Source: an uncultured Chloroflexia bacterium
GTDB lineage: Bacteria; Chloroflexota; Limnocylindria; QHBO01
Assembly: GCA_963814375.1 (NCBI GenBank)
Contig: CAWFCQ010000004.1
Location: 64,001-128,000, forward strand
Reading direction: 5' to 3'
DNA: 64,000 nucleotides
The position numbers were made by a program, and so were the translations under genes. This document shows, one piece after another, positions 58,581 through 64,000 of the stretch. The notes beneath the pieces are model-generated. The model was not told the origin of the DNA. It was given only the letters and a program-made list of their open reading frames with translations, and ran no database searches. How positions within the stretch are numbered: the first letter of the stretch is position 1; each line of letters opens with the position of its first letter.

Positions 58581-61500
58581 GTGCGCGCCTGTCCGAGCTG
58601 CGGCGAGTCGAATCCGGATCGGTTCAGTGCCTGTGCCTTCTGCGGCAACGAGCTGGTCGAGCAGGGCCCGCCGAAAGAGGAGCGCAAGGTCCTGACGGTC
58701 CTCTTCTGCGACCTGAAGGACTCGACCGTCCTTGGTGAGCGGCTCGACCCGGAGGCACTCGGCGAGGTCCTCGACCTCTACTTGACCGCCACCACGCGCG
58801 TGATCGAGCGGCACGGCGGCACGATCGAGAAGTTCATCGGCGACGCGGTGGTGGCGGCGTTCGGGATCCCCGTGCTCCACGAGGATGACGCCCTCCGCGC
58901 GGTGCGCGCCGCGGTCGAGATGCAAGCGGCGGTCGGACGCCTCAACACGCAGCTGGCTGCCGGCTACGGCGTGGCCCTCCAGACCCGCATCGGAGTCCAC
59001 ACCGGCGAGGTGGTCGTCAGGACGGCCGTGAACGAGCAGCAGGTCCTGACCGGTGACACGATGAACACGGCGGCCCGCCTCGAGCAGGCCGCGGGCACGG
59101 ACGAGATCTTCATCGGCGAGCCGACCCTGCGCCTGGTGCGCGGTGCGGTCGAGGTGGAGCAGATGCAGGCCCTCGAGCTCAAGGGCAAGGCGGCGCCGGT
59201 GCAGGCGCACCGGCTGATCCGCGTCTTCGGCGATGAGCAGTCGGACCGCCTTCACGACGCCCCGCTGGTCGGGCGCGAGACCGAGCTGCGCTTCCTCGCG
59301 GACCTCCTCGATCGCTCCGTCGACGAGCGGCACTGCGTTCTCGCGACGGTCCTGGGCGATGCTGGCGTCGGGAAGAGCAGGCTCGTCCGCGAGCTGCTCG
59401 TCTCGGCCGCGGATCGCGCGGCGGTGCTGCGCGGCCGATGCCTGCCCTACGGCGAGGCGATCACCTTCTGGCCGCTGCTCGAGATCGTGCGCGACGCCCT
59501 GGGGATCGGCCCGGACGAGCCGGCGGAGACGGCGAGGGGCCGCCTGGAGAAGCTCGCCGCCGATCCGGAGGTGGCGCGCCGGATCTCGTCGATGCTCGGA
59601 TGGAGCGACGAGCAGCTCCCGTTGGCGGAGCTGTTCTGGGGGGTCCGTGAGCTGTTGGAGAGGATCGCCCGCGACCGGCCGCTCATCGTCGTCGTCGACG
59701 ACGTGCACTGGGCCGCGCCGACCCTGCTGGAGCTGATCGATCACATGGTCGAGAGCATCGCCGGCTCCTCGGTGCTCATCGTGTGCACAGCCCGACCGGA
59801 CATGCTCGAGGAGCATCCGCGATGGAGCGAGGGACCCAATGCAGGACGGCTCGTGCTCGAGGGCCTGGGTGCGGAGGCCTGCGCCCTCGTCCTCGGGAAC
59901 ACGCTCGGCGGCGCCGACCTCCCCGACCGCGCGCGAGAGAGGATCCTGCGCGCAGCCGATGGCAATCCGCTCTTCGTCGAGCAGCTGGTATCGATGCTCG
60001 TGGATACCGGCGTCCTGCGCCATGAGGGCGACACGTGGCAGATCACGAAGGCGATCGAGCAGCTGGCCGTTCCACCGAGCATCAAGGCGCTTCTCTCGGC
60101 GCGGCTCGACCTGCTCGAGGCGCCGGAGCGGGCGGTGGTCGATCCGGCATCCGTCATCGGTGAGGCGTTCCCGTCGATTGCGGTTCGCGACCTCGCCGTC
60201 GCCGACGAGCGTGATCGTGTGGAGGAGCGCCTCGCAACGGTGAGTCGGAAGCGCCTCGTGCACGAGGAGATGCACCCGGAGGCGGATGGCTCCGACTACC
60301 GATTCCAGCACGTCCTTATCCGCGATGCCGCGTACCAGGGCGTGCTCAAGCGCGGGCGTGCCGAGCTGCACGAGCGATACGCCGACTGGCTGGAGCGGAT
60401 GACGCATGAGCGGGAGGGGCAGCGCGAGCTCGACGAGATTGCGGGATATCACCTCGAGCAGGCTTACGCCTATCGGAGTCAGCTGGGACCGATCGACGCG
60501 CACATCCGAGCGCTCGGGTCACGGGCAGCCGACAAGCTCACCACGGCCGGTCGGCGCGCCTTTATCCGCGGAGACCTGCCGGCCGCGGCCGACCTCCTGG
60601 CCCGGGCGATGGCGACCCTGGCGGAGGCGGATCCGGCGAGGCTGGCGCTGGCGCCGGAGCTCGGCGAGGTGCTGCTGGAGCGAGGCGACTTCGGTCGGGC
60701 ACTCGAGGTCTTGGCGGAGGCGGAGGCCGCGCGCGACGACCCCGCCTGCGCCGCGACGGTCGCCCGCGCGCGCCTCATCCGCCTGCTGGTGGAGCTGTAT
60801 GCCGGCAGCGAGGAGTCCTGGCTGGAACGGACCGAAGCCGAGGTCGGGCGCGCCATCCCGGTCTTTGAGGCGGCCCGGGACCATGCCGGCCTCGCGACTG
60901 CCTGGCGCGTCCGCTGCAACGCCGACGTCCAGGCCCTTCGCTTCGATGCCGGCTTCGACGCTGCCGAGGAGATGATCCGCCATGCCGAGATGGCCGAGGA
61001 CATCCGCCAGCAACGCCGTGGCGCGGTCGCCTACGCCATCTGCGCCACGCAGGGCCCAACGCCCGTCGATCAGGCGGTCGCACGCTGCGAGGAGCTCATC
61101 GCGGCGGTCGAGGGTGATCGCCGCACCGGCGCCGTCCTCCAGGGTGCCCTCGCCCAGCTGCTGGCGATGCAGGGGTCAGCCGACGGTGCCCGCGCCGCGT
61201 ATGCCACCGCGCAGACGATGCTCGACGAGCTGGGCGAGAGCGTGGTCGCCGCGTCGACCTCGATCGACTCGGGTCCGGTCGAGATGCTGCTCGGCGACCT
61301 CGACGCCGCCGAGGCGCACCTTCGGCGTGACTTCGAGGAGCTCGAGCGGCTTGGTGAGTCGTATCTGCGATCGACCGTCGGGGGCCTCCTGGCCTACGTC
61401 CTCCTCTTGCAGGGACGCCTCGACGAGGCTGAAGCCACCGCCACGGTCGTGCGGGAGATGGCCGGTCCCGACGACTTCGATGCGCAGGTGCTGTGGCGGC

Positions 61501-61778
61501 GCTCCCTCGCTCGCTGTCTGGCCGAGAAGGGAGAGTTCGCGGGGGCGATCGGCCTGGCCACCGAAGCGGTGGCGCTGACAACCGACTCCGCGCCGGTGAT
61601 GCGTGCCTACGCGCTTGCCGATCGCGGCGCCGTGATGGCGGCGGCCGGCCGCACGGACGAGGCTTCCGCCGACCTCTCCACGGCCATCGCCCTTCACGTC
61701 GCGAAGGGAAACCGCGTCGCCGCCGACGCCGTCCGGCGGCTCGCCGCGGAGACTGACGCTCTCAGCCGCGCTGGCTAG
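58581..61778 (+). CDS. Class III adenylate/guanylate cyclase + AAA ATPase + TPR-like protein
   Basis: Zinc ribbon CPSC/CAFC; LFCDLKDST, KFIGDAV, GDTMNTAARLE; GDAGVGKS, DDVHWA, GNPLFVEQ. Confidence 0.92.
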   Translation: MRACPSCGESNPDRFSACAFCGNELVEQGPPKEERKVLTVLFCDLKDSTVLGERLDPEALGEVLDLYLTATTRVIERHGGTIEKFIGDAVVAAFGIPVLHEDDALRAVRAAVEMQAAVGRLNTQLAAGYGVALQTRIGVHTGEVVVRTAVNEQQVLTGDTMNTAARLEQAAGTDEIFIGEPTLRLVRGAVEVEQMQALELKGKAAPVQAHRLIRVFGDEQSDRLHDAPLVGRETELRFLADLLDRSVDERHCVLATVLGDAGVGKSRLVRELLVSAADRAAVLRGRCLPYGEAITFWPLLEIVRDALGIGPDEPAETARGRLEKLAADPEVARRISSMLGWSDEQLPLAELFWGVRELLERIARDRPLIVVVDDVHWAAPTLLELIDHMVESIAGSSVLIVCTARPDMLEEHPRWSEGPNAGRLVLEGLGAEACALVLGNTLGGADLPDRARERILRAADGNPLFVEQLVSMLVDTGVLRHEGDTWQITKAIEQLAVPPSIKALLSARLDLLEAPERAVVDPASVIGEAFPSIAVRDLAVADERDRVEERLATVSRKRLVHEEMHPEADGSDYRFQHVLIRDAAYQGVLKRGRAELHERYADWLERMTHEREGQRELDEIAGYHLEQAYAYRSQLGPIDAHIRALGSRAADKLTTAGRRAFIRGDLPAAADLLARAMATLAEADPARLALAPELGEVLLERGDFGRALEVLAEAEAARDDPACAATVARARLIRLLVELYAGSEESWLERTEAEVGRAIPVFEAARDHAGLATAWRVRCNADVQALRFDAGFDAAEEMIRHAEMAEDIRQQRRGAVAYAICATQGPTPVDQAVARCEELIAAVEGDRRTGAVLQGALAQLLAMQGSADGARAAYATAQTMLDELGESVVAASTSIDSGPVEMLLGDLDAAEAHLRRDFEELERLGESYLRSTVGGLLAYVLLLQGRLDEAEATATVVREMAGPDDFDAQVLWRRSLARCLAEKGEFAGAIGLATEAVALTTDSAPVMRAYALADRGAVMAAAGRTDEASADLSTAIALHVAKGNRVAADAVRRLAAETDALSRAG

Positions 61779-62713
61779 AGCCCCCGGCCGCGGCCGTTGG
61801 TCGGCAGCTCGACTCGGATCACGAGGTTCTTGTGCCAGCCGGAACCTGACCAGAAGGCGTCGAAGCAGAACCCGTCGTTATGGGCATTGCACCCGCGCGG
61901 CGGGAAGTGGCACACGCCGTCATCGGTCTGGTGGACGAACTTGACGAGCCACGGGACCTTCCACCACGAGACTGACTTGCCGTAGGTCAGCGTCACGGTC
62001 AGGTGGGGATCAAGCTCCGCGCCGTTGGCGACCGACATCTCGATCGCTTCGCCGAATCCCTTGTAGACCTTCGTCCCGCACACGATGCTGTCGTCAATCT
62101 CGGCCAGCCGGACCTGATACCCGAAGTCGACCGGTGGGACGTTCAGCATCGTGGTCTGGGCGTTGTTCCCCACGCCGGTCGAGAAGGCCACGGGCTCATC
62201 GTGAGCCGGCTGCCATGTGGTGAACACGTCGGGATCGTTGATGACCGACACGACCGCGCTGTCGACGAACGCGTCCCTGTACTTCTTGACGCCGTAGTGC
62301 CAGTAGGCGACCTTCAGGCGTGCGGTGAACTCGATCGAGCCGGCAGTCGCAGGAGCGTCGAAGACGAAGAGGAGCGTCCGCGTGCTGCCGGATGCGAGAC
62401 TCCCGAGCTTGCAGGTGACCGATGCGCCGCTCCCCGTGCAGCCCGCAGGCGCCGAGGTGAGCGTGGCACCTGGGGCGCTGCCCTCGAGACGAATGTAGTC
62501 GAAGGCATCCGAGCCGTCGCTGCGGAGGAAGACTTCGAAGGCCGCCGATTGGCCGACCGAGACCGTCTCGGTGAGCGCTGTGACAGTGAAGGCCGGAGCA
62601 GGACCGCCGCCTCCGCCACCATGGCCGGCGACCTGGAGCGGCAGGCCGAGAATCGCAGCGGCCGTCATCACGCTGACGAGCACGCGAATGAATCGTGGAG
62701 AGCGCGAAGCCAT
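61775..62713 (-). CDS. Hypothetical secreted beta-rich protein (DUF11-like N-terminal domain)
   Basis: Signal peptide, GHGGGGG linker, GC..VTCKLGSLASG motif, Cys-containing C-terminal domain. Confidence 0.7.
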   Translation of the reverse strand: MASRSPRFIRVLVSVMTAAAILGLPLQVAGHGGGGGGPAPAFTVTALTETVSVGQSAAFEVFLRSDGSDAFDYIRLEGSAPGATLTSAPAGCTGSGASVTCKLGSLASGSTRTLLFVFDAPATAGSIEFTARLKVAYWHYGVKKYRDAFVDSAVVSVINDPDVFTTWQPAHDEPVAFSTGVGNNAQTTMLNVPPVDFGYQVRLAEIDDSIVCGTKVYKGFGEAIEMSVANGAELDPHLTVTLTYGKSVSWWKVPWLVKFVHQTDDGVCHFPPRGCNAHNDGFCFDAFWSGSGWHKNLVIRVELPTNGRGRGL

Positions 62714-62832
62714 GGTGTGAAGTTCCCTCATGCTGCGATCCAAGCCGGGATCGGGCGCCTAGGGTACTACCCCAGTACCAGTCACTCCGAGCACGGGGAG
62801 CCGAACGTGGTGCGTGCTAGCATCACGCTCCC

Positions 62833-64000
62833 ATGGCGCAGCTGGCTCGATTCTCCCCTGCGGCCGTCGTCCAGCGCATCACGCGCGGCGGCGAGACCCG
62901 GGCCGAGCCTGCCCACACGATCGACCAGATCATTGCGGAGGCCGCGAGGCATCGGCCGGGGCTCAACGAGGCTCTTCTGCGGCGCGCGTATGACACTGCC
63001 GTCGCCGCCCACGAGGGACAGCTGCGCAGCTCGGGCGAGGACTACGTCACTCATCCGGTGGCCGTCACCTACTACCTGGCCACGCTCCAGATGGATGCGG
63101 AGACGCTGGCGGCCGCGCTGCTGCACGACGTCCCCGAGGACACCGACTTCACGATCGCCGAGATCGAGAAGCGATTCGGCCGTGATGTCGCGCGGCTCGT
63201 CGACGGGGTCACGAAGCTGAGCAAGTTCGGAAGCGCCCGGACGATGGAGGAGCAGCAGGCCGAGAACATCCGAAAGATGTTCATGGCGATGGCCGAGGAC
63301 GTGCGCGTCGTCATCATCAAGCTCGCCGACCGGCTCCACAACATGCAGACGCTCGGCTTCCTGCCGCCCGAGAAGCAGCAGCGCATCGCGCGCCAGACGA
63401 TGGAGATCTACGCGCCGCTGGCGCATCGGCTGGGCATGTGGCAGATCAAGTGGGAGCTCGAGGACCTGAGCTTCAAGTACCTCGAGCCCGAGAAGTACCG
63501 TCAGCTCGTCAGCATGCTGACCGATCGGCGACGGGCGCGCGAGGGGTTCGTCAACAAGAGCATCGGCATCCTGGGCAAGGAGCTCGACAAGGTCGCGATC
63601 AGCGCCGAGATCAGCGGACGCCCGAAGCACCTCTACTCGATCGCCAAGAAGATGGAGCGCAAGGGGGCCGAGTTCACCGAGATTTACGACATCAACGCCA
63701 TCCGCGTGCTCGTGGACGACGTCAAGGACTGCTACGCGGCCCTCGGCGTCGTTCATTCGCTGTGGCGCCCCGTTCCGGGCCAGTTCGACGACTACATCGC
63801 CATGCCGAAGGCGAACATGTACCAGTCGCTGCACACCGCGGTCATCGGGCCTGAGGCGAAGCCGCTGGAGGTCCAGATCCGCACCTACCAGATGCACGAC
63901 GTGGCCGAGGCGGGCATCGCGGCGCACTGGCGCTACAAGGAGGGCTCGCGCGGCGACCGCCGCTACGACGAGAAGCTGGCCTGGGTCCGCCAGCTCATGG
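62833..64000 (+). CDS. rel: Bifunctional (p)ppGpp synthetase/hydrolase (3' truncated by window)
   Basis: HEGQLRSSGEDYVTHP, LLHDVPEDT, IKLADRLHNM, GRPKHLYSI, YQSLHT, EVQIRT, AAHWRYKE. Confidence 0.97.
   Translation, partial: MAQLARFSPAAVVQRITRGGETRAEPAHTIDQIIAEAARHRPGLNEALLRRAYDTAVAAHEGQLRSSGEDYVTHPVAVTYYLATLQMDAETLAAALLHDVPEDTDFTIAEIEKRFGRDVARLVDGVTKLSKFGSARTMEEQQAENIRKMFMAMAEDVRVVIIKLADRLHNMQTLGFLPPEKQQRIARQTMEIYAPLAHRLGMWQIKWELEDLSFKYLEPEKYRQLVSMLTDRRRAREGFVNKSIGILGKELDKVAISAEISGRPKHLYSIAKKMERKGAEFTEIYDINAIRVLVDDVKDCYAALGVVHSLWRPVPGQFDDYIAMPKANMYQSLHTAVIGPEAKPLEVQIRTYQMHDVAEAGIAAHWRYKEGSRGDRRYDEKLAWVRQLM

Overview
High-GC bacterial chromosome segment. Gene content and order suggest Chloroflexota, possibly Limnocylindria/Ellin6529-like; this is inference, not a database result. 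It holds about 55 mostly housekeeping genes: rarA, a UvrD-nuclease fusion, murI, ychF, LexA-boxed mrfAB, pckA, a Ni/Co permease-fur pair, tRNA(CAU)-tilS-ftsH, nfeD-SPFH, comM-dprA-topA-xerC, murJ-fem-murE-fem-ybaK, an adenylate cyclase and a partial rel. I found no CRISPR array, rRNA, IS element or prophage. At least seven genes carry isolated frameshifts that look like assembly indels, and many genes appear leaderless. The most unusual observations are: a tRNA(CAU) gene lying in frame inside the 5' end of the tilS ORF; a DnaB-motor-only ATPase paired with a J-domain protein and flanked by a double zinc-ribbon gene and a 50-bp repeat; a stand-alone SelB winged-helix protein; mutually exclusive hairpins over the comM ribosome site; a duplicated TOPRIM start in topA; and a membrane-sensor-BTAD regulator facing a PaaK-like ligase. 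Start positions were chosen by eye.
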